Assembly: GCA_964016885.1 (NCBI GenBank) | Contig: OZ024743.1 | Location: 16,926,001 to 16,990,000, forward strand | DNA length: 64,000 nt | Direction: 5' to 3' | Source of the DNA: Eledone cirrhosa | Taxonomy: Eukaryota | Shown: piece after piece, positions 14,010-27,726 of the stretch | Layout of the letters: every line of letters starts with the position of its first letter | How positions within the stretch are numbered: the first letter of the stretch is position 1 | Made by a program: the position numbers and the translations under genes | The notes under the pieces: model-generated | What the model was told of the DNA's origin: nothing | Seen by the model: the letters and a program-made list of their open reading frames with translations, nothing else | Databases searched by the model: none

Positions 14010-14798
14010 TAAGGCGGGTAAAATTCCCGAGATCCATGGACAAGTTCTCTCCAGCGGTCTCTGTCCCTCATTATCGCTGCCATGTCCTGCGTCTCCAACA
14101 GACAAGTGTCTGTCCTTAGGGCATCAACATACGTTAACCTTGGACTTCCTCTTCTAGTGTGTCCATATAGGGGCTCCCATGTAGCACCGGCTCAGAGCAG
14201 TAGAGTTAGGGCGAAAAAGGTATCGGATGCTGAATTTGCCGACGACATAGATTTAATAACAAATACAGTGAAGGAGGCAGAGGATTTGATGCGAGAGGTT
14301 GAGACTGTGTCGATGAGTGTGGGGCTGAGAATGAATGACACTAAAACAAAATATCTGGTAGAGAATGTTGAGAAGCCAGAGAGGATCACTAATCTAGGCG
14401 GGAAGCCGCTAGAATTGGTGGAGTGCTTCCTGTATTTGGGAGCAAAGATTGGGAATACGGAAGATGATGTGGTTGAGAGGAAGAGCAAGGCCTGCGCCTC
14501 GTGCCACAGCTTGAGATCCGTGTGGAAGTTTGACCTTCGTAGAGACCTGAAAGTCCGCCTCTTCATTGCTGAAGTAGAGTCTGTGCTGCTGTATGGGTCT
14601 GAGACTTGGACACTGACCAAGAAACTCACTCAGATGGTGGATGGGTGCTACACGAGAATGCTGAGGATGGCTCTGAACATTAATCAGTATACACTGAGGA
14701 TGAAAAACTCAGAGCTGTATAGGAGCATCCCAAGGGTCAGCTCAAAAGTGACAGAGGAGGCTGAGGTTAGCTGGACATGCTCACCGACATCCAGAGTT

Positions 14799-14801
<3 letters not shown>
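14008..14801 (-). mobile_element. RTE-clade LINE 3' fragment with 5' inversion, inserted in (TA)n
   Basis: Plus strand 14192-14800 encodes FADDI, FLYLGA, ESVLLYGSETW and RMLR, with RLAGHAHRHPEL after a frameshift; minus strand 14190-14008 encodes the C-terminus WEPLYGHTRRGSPRLTYVD..MRDRDRWRELV. Confidence 0.85.
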
Positions 14802-14878
<77 letters not shown>

Positions 14879-15279
14879 TAAAAGGAAAAGAGAATGCTGA
14901 CAAATTGTTATCAGTGAAAAATAGTTCAATTAGGAATTAGTAAAAATTAGTAATAAGTATTGGTTAGTATTCAGTTTTAGTTTTATGTTTTTACTGGTTG
15001 CGCATTTCTAATGCTTTTCAAAAATAATTTTGAGATAGAGCGCCCGTGATGTTTGCTGTAATCGGATCTCTTTTGGAAATTCTACCTGTGTTATGTGAAA
15101 AAAGTGGCTCCAGAGGTATTAAGATTTGGTTGGTTGTTGAATGTCACGTGAATGAGTACTATAAGTTTCCCACCAATTCGTGTTGCAAAATTTCTTGTAG
15201 TCAAAACAATTTTGATTGGTCGGTAGAGGTCATGTGAATGTTAAAAATTATATATATATATATATACATATATATAGTA

Positions 15280-16856
15280 TTAGTTATACTATTTATGGTT
15301 ATGTAAATACAAAACCTTATGCAGTTATAAGTATTTTACACACACCCTAAATAGTGGTAGGCAGTATGTATTACTACCTTATTACCAGTAAGTTAAGTAG
15401 CTCAATGTAAAAACATCAGATGATTTACAGAGCAGTTATATGAAATATAAGAATCAAAGAACTGTTCAAAACATTATTGTGCTTACAGCTGTTTCCTCCA
15501 AACCGAGGTTTGGATTCTTCGGAGCAATTTATTAATGCATGGACAGTTATATGACCTCCTTTTCAGCCGAGAGACATACCGATACATATTCAAACATTGA
15601 TACATATTCAAACATTGTGGGTCAACATTCATTACAGAATTTAGAGTGGCAGTACACACTTCGAGATTACATTTATATTAAGAGGTACAATCAAAAATCA
15701 AAAATACAGGTTAAAATACAACATGAAGATAAGCGGTTATATAGTGCAAATGTTATATGTATGGCACGCATGTGCGTCTTGTTTATATAGTGTGGCAGAG
15801 AGATATATGTGGTAGAGGCACTTAGGTAGGTAAACAAGAGTGTTAGGTTGGTAGATCTGGTGGCAAATTCTTTATATGATTGATATAGTCTGTGTGTGTG
15901 GAGAAATGTTATAAGCATTAAAAATAGTGCAAGCATTAAAAGTGTTAAAAGTATTGGAGATGCACAGCGAAGGGATGTCAAGTATTTCATGTACTTCGGC
16001 ATTTTCATGGTCAGGGGAGTGTATTTTTCGATTATATGCCCCTCACATAATCCACGACAATCCGATATTGAGCGTTTGACAATCCAGTTAGAGATCGTAG
16101 TCTGGTGTTCTTTAGTTCAATACAGGAGGCTGTTACGTTTCGGGTGGTATTCAATGGCGTTTCTCGAAACGTAACAGCCTCCTGTATTAAACTAAAGAAC
16201 ACCAGACTACGATCTCTAACTGGATTGTCAAACGCTCAATATCGGATTGTCGTGGATTATGTGAGGGGCATATAATCGAAAAATACACTCCCCTGACCAT
16301 GAAAATGCCGAAGTACATGAAATACTTGACATCCCTTCGCTGTGCATCTCCAATACTTTTAACACTTTTAATGCTTGCACTATTTTTAATGCTTATAACA
16401 TTTCTCCACACACAGACTATATCAATCATATAAAGAATTTGCCACCAGATCTACCAACCTAACACTCTTGTTTACCTACCTAAGTGCCTCTACCACACAT
16501 ATCTCTCTGCCACACTATATAAACAAGACGCACATGCGTGCCATACATATAACATTTGCACTATATAACCGCTTATCTTCATATTGTATTTTAACCTGTA
16601 TTTTTGATTTTTGATTGTACCTCTTAATATAAATGTAATCTCGAAGTGTGTACTGCCACTCTAAATTCTGTAATGAATGTTGACCCACAATGTTTGAATA
16701 TGTATCAATGTTTGAATATGTATCGGTATGTCTCTCGGCTGAAAAGGAGGTCATATAACTGTCCATGCATTAATAAATTGCTCCGAAGAATCCAAACCTC
16801 GGTTTGGAGGAAACAGCTGTAAGCACAATAATGTTTTGAACAGTTCTTTGATTCTT

Positions 16857-16868
<12 letters not shown>
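15280..16868. mobile_element. PLE-derived fold-back: near-perfect palindrome (15437-16142 / 16165-16868) with extra pLTR-like sequence at 15280-15436
   Basis: Mirror ORF pairs in the track; 22-nt spacer; 15370-15440 is the reverse complement of the pLTR at 20250-20335; HHR in both arms. Confidence 0.8.
16779..16825 (+). ncRNA. Type I hammerhead (U4C core variant); mirror copy at 15480-15526 on the minus strand
   Basis: TGCT-CCGAAGA-aTCCAAACC(tc)GGTTTGGAg-GAAAC-AGCT-GTA-AGCA. Confidence 0.7.
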
Positions 16869-16940
<72 letters not shown>

Positions 16941-19900
16941 ATCTAGTCTGTCTGGAAATGTCTGCGTTGTGCCTGTGTTTGTTTACTTATATCAGCTTGC
17001 GTATGTAATCTTTTTTCTCAGCTTCCTTTGAGTGCATTTTGCAATGTTGATGACAACACCTCATTTGGAATCAAAGCTTAATAATTGAAGCAGAGCAGTT
17101 TGTACATTACTAATGTATTATCAATTTGATAAATAAAACTTATATATCTATTATTTTCATCTGCTACATTTTAACCGAAGTGTGAGGAATTTAGATCATC
17201 GTTGAAATCTCGTTGAACTCTGTGATATATGCGAAATGATAATGATTTTACTTATGATGAAAATATTCTAATATATAACGTAAAACAATATGTATCGGAT
17301 TATGGATCTAATTTTAGACATCACTATATATGTAATTTATTATCTGGGGAAAGCATTACGTTTTTGTAGACCATGTCTGCGTCTGAAAAACAAGCCTTAA
17401 TTTAAAGCCACCCTTGCCGTAGCTGTCAGAGTTATGTTCAGTAACTCAGTTAACATCATTCAATTTGTCTTTCAATGTGTAATACTCTGGATATATTATT
17501 TCTTTGGGATTTCGACTCTAAAGTTTGAACATGAATTAACCCTTTAGAGAATCGAACATGTTTGGAGTAGATATTATGTATATGATTCCCAAAGAACGTA
17601 AAGCAAAGAAAATGTATGTTTTCTGCAATCATGTACATATATAAAACGTATCCATAATTGCCTGGTCTTCAGCATGAGAATTTGTGCAATAGATATACCT
17701 ATGGGATTTAATACATCATTTTCATAATGATATGGCATATGAGATACTTGAAAATATTTATCATCGCGAAGGTTTACCATGTGGTTTTCGCGGAATATCA
17801 TGTTTGATCTTATTGATTAAATAACAATGAATCGCATTAGAGGTGGTGTTTTCAAACTTCACAGCTAAACCTATTACATCCTCTAAACTTGAAATTATTA
17901 AAAATAATTGCGCTTGCAATAGAAAGCATGCTAGATCGCAAACGGGATATTCCGCGTTTTGAAAAGCATAACATGTGTTTAAGAGGCATACATATCTACA
18001 TAGATTTTGATTGTTGAAATTTGAAATGACAATAACAAATATTTTCCACATGATATATGAGACACAGGTGTATGTGCATGATACCATATTCTTGAAAGAA
18101 TAACTTTTCACACTTTACGCAACCCACCGACGACATCTTCAACCTGAAATATGTATTCTATCTTTCTATTTTCATTGGTTTAATGATGTACATTGTACAT
18201 ATATTTCTACGTTTTATAAATTGATACTTTGCCTTATACATGAGTTTCACCTTTTGTTTAGATTGTCGCAAATGTTTCCGTCTCTGATTTAATATCTATC
18301 CTTTCTGCTTCTCATCTCGGTAGTTTCAAATCCATCCCCCATCAGCCACTCTCTCAATATATATATATCTGTACACACACTCTCACTCACACATACACAC
18401 ACACAAACACACGCACACACAGAAACATACACACACAGTGAGGACTAGGAGCAAAAATGAAATCAGAGATGTTGTCACGTCTTAAAAATGTATTGTTTCC
18501 AATATAACATGCATAATCAAGTGATGAGATGAGAACGTCGTAGCATGCTAAAAAGAATTTTTCATTGCATCTGCAAGGCTCGTTTTCTTTTTATTGGATG
18601 ATTAACATTTAGATATGCTTATTCATAAATACAATGTTTTTACCATATAAGTGAGTATCTGATAATACGTTTTGTAACAAAAGTGCATCCAATCTAGTGG
18701 TATGTATGATATTGAGGTTTCTGGATAAATTAATTCATGGGCCTTCTCCCAATTACATACGTCATTGTAATGAAATACTGTCTCCTCGAGTTATTAAGAT
18801 TATTATGCAATTTTGCTTTGTAGGCCTTCGTTTCGAAAGTAAGGGTTATTTAAATGCTTTTCATTTTCAAATATCGGCAAAGAAATATCATTTTAAATGT
18901 TGAACTTATTAAATACAACTTCTTTAAAGAATTTAGTTCTTTAATTAAATTCCTCATCTGTGTCATTTTTCCGGTGATACTTTCAGAAAATCATATCACA
19001 TTCATTAGAAGATTAGGTTTAGCGGCACTAATATGACAACTAGTGCAATTTCTCTTGGTAATTAATATACTTTCTTTCGTTTTCTTAATGAAAGTTATCT
19101 TCCGGGTGTTTTTATGTATACTGCAATTTCTAATACCATTTGTGCACAGTTAATTTGATTTGAACCAGTGAAGTTTATTACGATCGTCAAACATATTACA
19201 AATGTTGTTTCTTTTGTCTTCTCTAAACATATAGTGCATTTCAACGTAGTTAATTAAGCAGTAAAATATGGCGCAATGTTTTCTTGTGGTCGGTCATGTT
19301 AGAAGTAGCAATATTAGAATATTACAAATAGACACATTGTGAAAATTAGATCGGTTTCACTAAATCTAAGGAACGACATTTAAGTACAAATTCCCATTTA
19401 GTATGATGAACCAAGACGAATCCCATCAAAGCAAATATCAGAAGAAATTGAGGAGCATAATCTTTCTCTACAATTAGAGGCGCAAATCAATGAATTTCAC
19501 TTTATGTGTAGAGAGGATTTATGTGTAGAGAGGAAAGTGTACAACAAATATGCAATGTAATATTGCAATCAATCTCTTATATATAATTGTTTATCAGATC
19601 GGATACAATAAACCTAAAGGAAAGAAATGTTTCTCTTTGTTGAATATAAGTCACCAATTTAGCGGAGAGGTATTTAGAAGTTGGTAAGGTTGCCACGAGG
19701 AACCAGGTTTGGTAGAAAGATATGATAGGAATATCGACCACGACTTTAGCTTGTTTTTACATTATTTATTAACAAAGGTTGAGCTGGCATGCCAAGAGAA
19801 ATTAAACAAACGAATTAAGATTCCAGAAAGACACGGGCTACTGGCTGAAGGAAGCGTTGCCAGGCCGTGGTTAAATTGTTGTGTTACATATTGGCTAGTG

Positions 19901-20513
19901 ATTTCATGGCGCAAGAAAAATGGTTGTTTACCTTAGCACGGTCGAAGCTGCGAGTCATAGCGTCCTCAAATCTTTGCGGGCTATTTCTCCCTCAGAACGC
20001 GTAGGGATACATCCTCTTCTACTGGCGCTGATTGGCTGAGCTGAGCAAAATCACGCACAGAGAATGTATGTGAGCCCGCGGAATGTAGGTCATTACAAAC
20101 CGATTATATCCTTTCAGATTAGAAAATTATACCTCATCAGTATACGCTTCAGGTGGTTACTTTTCAGATTGTAATGCTCCCAGGAGTCCAAGCTTTAGTT
20201 TGGAAGAATCAATTGTCAGCGATTAAATGTTTTAAACATAACTTTGATACTTGTGTAATCTATATAACTGCTCTGTAAAACAACTGATGTTCTTACAATA
20301 AGCTATTTCTCTTACTGGTAATAAGGTAGTAATAAATTACTGACCTTCCCTCTTTATAGCTGTTTATTGTATAGTATATACATAACTATGAATATTATAT
20401 TTAATATTATTAACTGCTCCATACTGTTGAGCTAACATACATTAAATTACCAGTATGCTGATGAAAGACTACCTTCCTATGTCTACTAAGAATATACCAA
20501 TACCATATAAAGA

Positions 20514-22883
20514 TACATATGACAAATGATTGATCAATAGCGTCAACTCCTTTATCAATAGAGTGAGATGGAGGACATTCCATTATGATAAAGACAGATC
20601 TAACAAAACATATGATACTAACAAATTTGACACTTCTGGCTTTAAAATTTTAAAAGCCCTCCTCACAACACATTATAAAACCTTAGGAAAATGACCTAAT
20701 AAAACTAGTTAAGAACATTCAATACAAAAAGCATCGTAACAGAAACAACACCTTCTTAAACAAACTTAACTCTACGATTAAAGTATTCAATACAACTAAT
20801 AAAATTATAGTACATGCAGATAAAACTAACAATATATATAGCCTAGATTATGATACATATAGAACACTTATATATAAAAAAAACTACATAGGAGCTATAG
20901 GAAAACTACTATTAAAAAGCTATAAGATATTAATTTGTAAGGCCGTAGTATAGTGTGTAAATTGGGACTTCAGAGACATACACAGCCATACCATACACCA
21001 CTGAGCCCCAATATTCTCTCTGAAGGACCATAAGGAAGATTTGATTAGTAACCCTTCGATAAGTCTAATCGGCCCTTCCAAGTCTGACATTGGTATTATC
21101 AGTAAGAACATATTAGATAAAATCATCAAACAGATTAAGCACAAAATATATCTTAACCAGTGGGGAAATACAGATGAAGTTATTGAATGGTTTAAGGATA
21201 TTAAAGAGAACAAAAATAAAAAATGTATACAGTTTGATATCAATTCATACTACACCTCTATTTCCCATATCCTATTAAATAAGGCACTTATTATGGCCAT
21301 GAACAATAGTGACCTGACTAGATCTCATATTGATGTCATACTTGCGGCCCGAAAAACCATAATTACATTTGAAGATCAATTATGGACCCGCAGGGATACG
21401 CATAACAATTTTGACATAACTATGGGATCTAGTGACTCGGCGCAGGTCACTGATTTGGTGGGCCTATATCTATTAAATGAAATGCATAAGGACCTACCAT
21501 ACCTCAATGGTGGTTTTTACCGCGATGATGCACTACTCCTTATAGACTATAAAACATTTAATATAGAAAGAACTAGGAAACTATTACATACAACTTTCAA
21601 AAACTTCAACTTAATTATCACCTTAGACAAAAACACTAAAAATGTTAACTTCCTTGATGCTACCCTTTACCTAGACTCTAAAATATATACACCCTTTCAT
21701 AAACCTAACGAAAAACTAATTTATGTAGATACCAAGTCTAAGCACCCTAAATCCATATTAAAATAAATCACTAAAGGAATATCTAATAGAATCTCTAACC
21801 TATCTTTAAACGAAACCATATTTAACAGTAATTCACAATACCATAATCAGAATTTAGCTAAATCAGGCCATAATAATGGGATTGAATTCCTACCTATAAA
21901 ATCACATAGTTACAGCATTATTTCTCACAATATGGCCATGAGGAAAACTAATAAGAAGAAGAATAGCCGCCCTTACTCTAATACGAAGTGTAGTATCAAA
22001 CTTAACCCGCACCAAAGTAGACAACAAAATAATAGTATGAACAGAAATACCTCAATAGATATTATAAAAATCAAAAATAGAAGAAGAACTAATACGTTTT
22101 TCACCACCCCCATTTTCAATCTAAATGTCTCTACCAACTTACCTAACGCTTTCTTCTCAATCCTAGAAAAATACTTCCCATCTGGCCAGAAATACCACAA
22201 TCTTATAAATAAAAACACCATTAACATCTCTTATTCTACCACACCTAACATAGCATACCATATAGCTAATAGTAATAAAAGAAAGATTAATACTTATTTT
22301 CAACAAATTAAAAGACAGCAGGAGGTAAACTTTCAGAACAACATAATAACTGCAAACCCTAATAGCAATAGTAATAATAGTAATAAAACTAATGAAATCA
22401 ATAACATTAGTAACGACAACCATCATAGCCCTAATACTAACCATAGCAACCAGACCTCTACGCAACATAATAATCGGCATGATAACATCCAAAATAAATG
22501 TAACTGTAGATCAAATAGAACTTGCCCTTTAGGTAATAACTGCTTAATCAAAGACATCATTTACTCCTGCACGGTCAACACTAAGGACGAGATACAACTC
22601 GCACCTCCACTCTTTAAAAAAAAACAATCTAACCAACTCCACTTCACTATCTAGCTACATGCACTATCTGAAAACTAAGAATATAACGTATACAATTCAA
22701 TGGGATGTAGTAGGTAGGGCTGCATCGTATAAACTACCTAATACATGTTGTAACCTCTGTCTCCTAGAGACCCATACAATAATCTTTTCGAATCTTAACC
22801 TCCTACATAAAAAATATCAAGTGTTTGCATCGTGCCAGCACCGCTTCCGACACTCATTCCATAGCTTTAAACCTAGTATATAA
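20514..22883 (+). pseudogene. PLE RT/GIY-YIG ORF broken by stops and frameshifts
   Basis: ORF pieces 21041-21766, 21932-22654 and 22659-22883, plus upstream FINRVRWR fragment. Confidence 0.82.
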
Positions 22884-23676
22884 CAATGTCAGATTTGAGC
22901 TCATCACCACCATTATCACTTCACCTCTAAGACTTGCCTCCCACCGCTGCATCACACTCTTTTATCCACCCTTTCCTCTACACAAATCATTTTTTCTAAC
23001 ATTATACTCTAGAAATATTCTTATAGTCACCACCTTTTAATATAATTACTTTATATTACTTATAATTATATAGTGATTGAATTATAATACAATATATATA
23101 AACTTTATATGTTAAATGTAACAATGAAATATATATACATTTATAATTAAATGTATAAATTAATAACATTGTATATAAAGGATTAATTTATTAACATAAG
23201 GGATTTATCTAACTCAAATGTAATATGGAACAATGAATTATATATACATTTATAATTTATAATTAAATGTATTAATTAATAAGATTGTATATAAAGGATT
23301 ACTTTGTTTACTTAGGGCTGTATCTAATTTATCATGCAAACAGCTATAGGTCATTCCATATCTTACCAAATATTGGGTAGACAACAATCTAATGAAACCT
23401 TTAATATATTATGGGAGAATAGACTGTATTTAATATTAAATATAAATATATAACTTGCTGTATAAGGGATTCAATTGTGGCACAATATAATTGTCTATTA
23501 GAGCAAGGAATTTAATTATTATAATGAGCTAGTTACCTCCTTTTACGCATTAGCTCCCCTTAATTACATATCCACTTCCGGATATTAAATCGTTGAAAAT
23601 TCTCGCAGTAGAACAACTCTAATCCATGAATATGAATACAATAACACCAAGTTACAATCCATTATTATAACAAACA

Positions 23677-23864
23677 AAGGGCGGTGGATTGGCAGTATCG
23701 GTAGAGGGTCGGACGCCATGCTTTCCAGCATAGTTACGTCCCTTTACGATCTGAGTTCAAATCCCGCCGAGGTTGACTTTGCCTTTCATCCTTACGGGGT
23801 CGATAAAATAAAGTACCAGTAATGCACTGGGTAATTGCTGGCCTTGTGCCTAAAAGTAGAAACA
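23677..23864 (+). mobile_element. tRNA-derived SINE with 16-bp TSD, inserted into the PLE 3' region
   Basis: A-box-like TGGCAGTATCGG, B-box GAGTTCAAATC, core CCGAGGTTGACTTTGCCTTTCATCCTTACGGGGTCGATAAA; ATTATTATAACAAACA at 23661-23676 and 23865-23880. Confidence 0.9.
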
Positions 23865-24619
23865 ATTATTATAACAAACATTCAATACAAATATAACTTA
23901 ACATATGTAATGGATGTGAAATCTGTAACTTTCATATTCTACACACATACGCATTTGAACTATACAGAAAATATCATCGCATTGCATCCATCATAATACA
24001 CTAACGTATTCGCTTAAAGTGGTTGTATTTTATGTAATACCTTGCCTTACAGTACTCATATATGCATAATACATGTTCTTGTTCCATTCCTTTATATCTG
24101 ACTAACGCATGTACTATCACTTTAATTATTAGACTATTCTCTTGTATTATCTGTTGCATGTATTCCACCCTATGCTTTTAATTTGAATTTTTAGTTTTTA
24201 ATTTGAATTTGAATTATTGTACAATTCTCGTATAATATATGTCGTATCCATTCCACCCTATAAACATGAAAATGTTGCCCACAACATCAATATATATGTA
24301 TCTGTATGATACTTCAGTTGAATAGGAGGTTAATTATATGTACACATATTGATAATGCTCTTAGGAAAAACAAGCTTAAGTTTGGAAGAAACAATTGTCA
24401 GCGATTTTAAACATAACTTTGATACTTGTGTAATCTATATTACTGCTCTGTAAAACAACTGATGTTCTTACATTGAGCTATTTCTCTTGCTGGTAATAAG
24501 GTAGTAATAAATTACTGACCTTCCCTGTTTATAGTTGTTTATAATATAGTATATACATAACTATAAATAGTATCTTTAATATTATATATATATATATAAA
24601 AACAATTGGTGAAAAAGAA

Positions 24620-25045
24620 AAAGAAAACAGTACAAAATGCTGAGAGAATTTCCTCTCAGAATAACATCAAACATTTATTCACAAAATTAGGATTTCTGCA
24701 TTTAATTGTACCGGTTTCAGGTGATACGCTTTTTCAACGCGGAAGTGTATAATGCAATTACATTGCGTATTAATAGGAATAAAAAGAATATGGGGAAAAC
24801 ATTTTTTTTACATACATATTTAGTGTGAACATTTGTCCCTAAATAAGTATGTAAAACAAATGTTTCCGTGTATTCTTAGCATTTTTATTAATATGCAATT
24901 TAATTGCATTATACACTTCCGTCGTTAAAAAAAGCGTATAATCTGAAACTGGCGCAGTTAAATGCGGAAATCCCCATTTTGTAAATAAATATGTTGATGT
25001 TATTCTGAGAGGTAATAACTTTAGCATTTTCTATTGTTTTTTTTA
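24620..25045. repeat. Diverged palindrome (arms ~24620-24825 / ~24838-25045)
   Basis: CCTCTCAGAATAACATCAA / TTGATGTTATTCTGAGAGG and CGGAAGTGTATAATGCAATTA / TAATTGCATTATACACTTCCG are mirrored. Confidence 0.75.
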
Positions 25046-25147
25046 TATTTTACTGACTGTATATATGTTTATATATATATATATATCAACACGTGTGCAA
25101 CTACTCTACATTCCATATATACATAGCCACTACTCTACATTCCATAT

Positions 25148-25228
<81 letters not shown>

Positions 25229-26292
25229 AACATAGAGAGATAAAGAGGTGATAGAGAGAGTTCTATAAGAGTGAACTGTAATTGAAATTGTGATCCCTCA
25301 AATTGTATATATATTTATTTTATATGTCTGTGTGTGAGTGTGTGTGTTTGACTGTGTGGGTGTGTATGTGTGTGTGTGTGTGTATAATCATTCGTATAGC
25401 CAGAAATAAATAGTTACTCTAGCATCAAAGACTTCAATAATGGGTGATAACTGAAGGAAAATATATTTAAGGTAAATTAATTTCCTGACAGTAGATTAAT
25501 ACCGAGTATATTTTTATTTCCTCAATATTCTGTACCCTAAAGATCTCCCCCAATTTGCGCTCGAGTTCAGCCTCGCAACAGCATTCGTTTCACAGAAAAT
25601 CTCCGACTTTGAATATTAATTTAGGGACTAGGTGACAACTTGTATAATTATCAGTATTTTAAATCATTGTCTGTAGGTCCATAACGTCATTGTATGGAAT
25701 TTGAACTTAATGTAGACAATCATAATTCACCCCTAAATATATAATAAACTGTGTGCTGTTATTTACTATTAATATAGGTTACTCCAATAATATACTCCCA
25801 AACATCCTCTTACGATTATAGTTCTCTGCGTGTCTTCCGGAATCTGTAATAAATTTGCAATACTTTTCTTGTAAAACATTCTGTGAGTGATCATGTTTGT
25901 ACGTGCAGGAAAACTAATGAAGTTTTCGTTCGGTAAATCTATTCAAATTCTGCATTTTTACCTTCAAGCGGAAAATGGAATTAAAACGTTTTTTTTAAAT
26001 TCTTTATTGCGTTCATACTCCCTCTTTTCTCCCATCTGTCTTTATATATATATATATATATATATAGCGTCTCATACAAATCAATGATTATATGTAAAAA
26101 GTAAACAGCACCTAAGTATTTTTAAAACATTTTTTATTTTGCTATTTAATACGACAGGTAATATATGTATATAAAAAATAAAATCTTACCGGTTCTGATG
26201 CGTAAATTCCTCTCATCAAACATTAAACTTTAAATAGTCAAAGACTAAAAGGTGAAAAGTTGGAAGATGAAAACAGTCTCTTTATTTCAGCG

Positions 26293-26348
<56 letters not shown>

Positions 26349-26479
26349 TTACCATGTTGAGCTCTTCCGACGAACGAAATCCAACCGTGACAATCTCCAC
26401 TGAAAGCTTTCGTGAAATAGTCTTTTCAAGACTATACAGAGCATTTGAAGTTGTCCCAAAATGAAGGTTGAGTACTTTA

Positions 26480-27671
26480 GACTTTCTTTTATAATGAGTT
26501 AAGGCTCTATTGATTTTTCCCTGGACTTCTCTAAATTCTGTTGGATAAATCTATATCCTGATTCCTATTGAATTGAGTCTGAATTATTTTTCCCATATCT
26601 TATGTTAACTATTTTCCCATTTTGACGCTATAGTCACATATATATTATGGAATACTGTTAGCTTCTCGCTACAACAATTTCTATACTTTTCATTTATATA
26701 TATATCCTCAGATTTATTTCTTAGAGTGCTTAAATTATTTGTGACTAATCCCGGTATTTTTTTTTTTTTTTTTTTTTTTTTTGAAAAAGACCGCGATGAT
26801 ATTGCTTTTTGCTGAACTCCTTTTGTAGAGTTTTCTTTCGGAATGTTTTTGATTGTTGTTTCATGTAAACAAACATTTGTCTCATTCTGACGTCACCAGC
26901 CCTGTTTTTCCACATGTGCGTTTATTTTAATAACCACGCATGATGTTAAACTAGCCCGCTTTTAAAAGACTTTGTTTTATCATGAGTTAAGGCTCTATTG
27001 ATTTTTTTCCCTGGATTTCTCTAAATTCTGTTGGATAAATCTATATCCTGATTCCTTTTGAATTGAGTCTGAATTATTTTTCCCATATCTTATGTTAACT
27101 ATTTTCCCATTTTGACGGTATAGTCACATATATGTTATGGAATACTGTTAGCTTCTCGCTACAACAATTTCTATACTTTTCATTTATATATATATCCTCG
27201 GATTTATTTCTTAGAGTGCTTAAATTATTTGTGACTAATCGCGGTATTTTTATTTTTTTATTTTTTTTTTTTTGAAAAAGACCGCGATGATATTGCTTTT
27301 TGCTGAACTCCTTTTGTAGAGTTTTCTTTCGGAATGTTTTTGATTGTTGTTTCATGTAAACAAACATTTGTCTCATTCTTACGTCACCAGCCCTGTTTTT
27401 CCACATGTGCGTTTATTTTAATAACCACGCATGATGTTAAACTAGCCCGCTTTTAAAAGACTTTGTTTTATCATGAGTTAAGGCTCTATTGATTTTTTCC
27501 CTAGATTTCTCTAAATTATGTTGGATAAATCTATATCCTGATTCCTTTTGAATTGAGTATGAATTATTTTTCCCATATCTTATGTTAACTATTTTCCCAT
27601 TTTGACGCTATAGTCACATATATGTTATGGAATACTGTTAGCTTCTTGCTACAACAATTTCTATACTTTTC

Positions 27672-27680
<9 letters not shown>
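26480..27680. repeat. ~490-bp tandem repeat, ~2.4 copies
   Basis: ATGAGTTAAGGCTCTATTGATTTTT recurs at 26494, 26982 and 27473 with near-identical intervening sequence. Confidence 0.92.

Positions 27681-27726
<46 letters not shown>

Larger units (their letters stand above)
20172..24583 (+). mobile_element. Near full-length decayed Penelope-like element (probably Naiad-type) bounded by direct pLTRs (20172-20410 and 24353-24583)
   Basis: RT motifs (DKTNNIY, LIGPSKSDIG, FDINSYY, FDITMGSSDSAQVTDLVG, YRDD, NFLD), CNCR..CPL..NCL knuckle and GIY-YIG C-terminus (IQWDVV..CNLCLLE..SCQH); ~235-bp direct repeats with degenerate HHR. Confidence 0.88.

Noticed and set aside
19700-20100. GC-richer segment with an ATTGG (CCAAT) box as a promoter
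   Set aside because: A single short motif with no linked gene is insufficient evidence.
26670-26720. Minus-strand CTGAGGA..GAAA in the 490-bp repeat as a hammerhead
   Set aside because: No convincing helix I or III, and the next unit has CCGAGGA.
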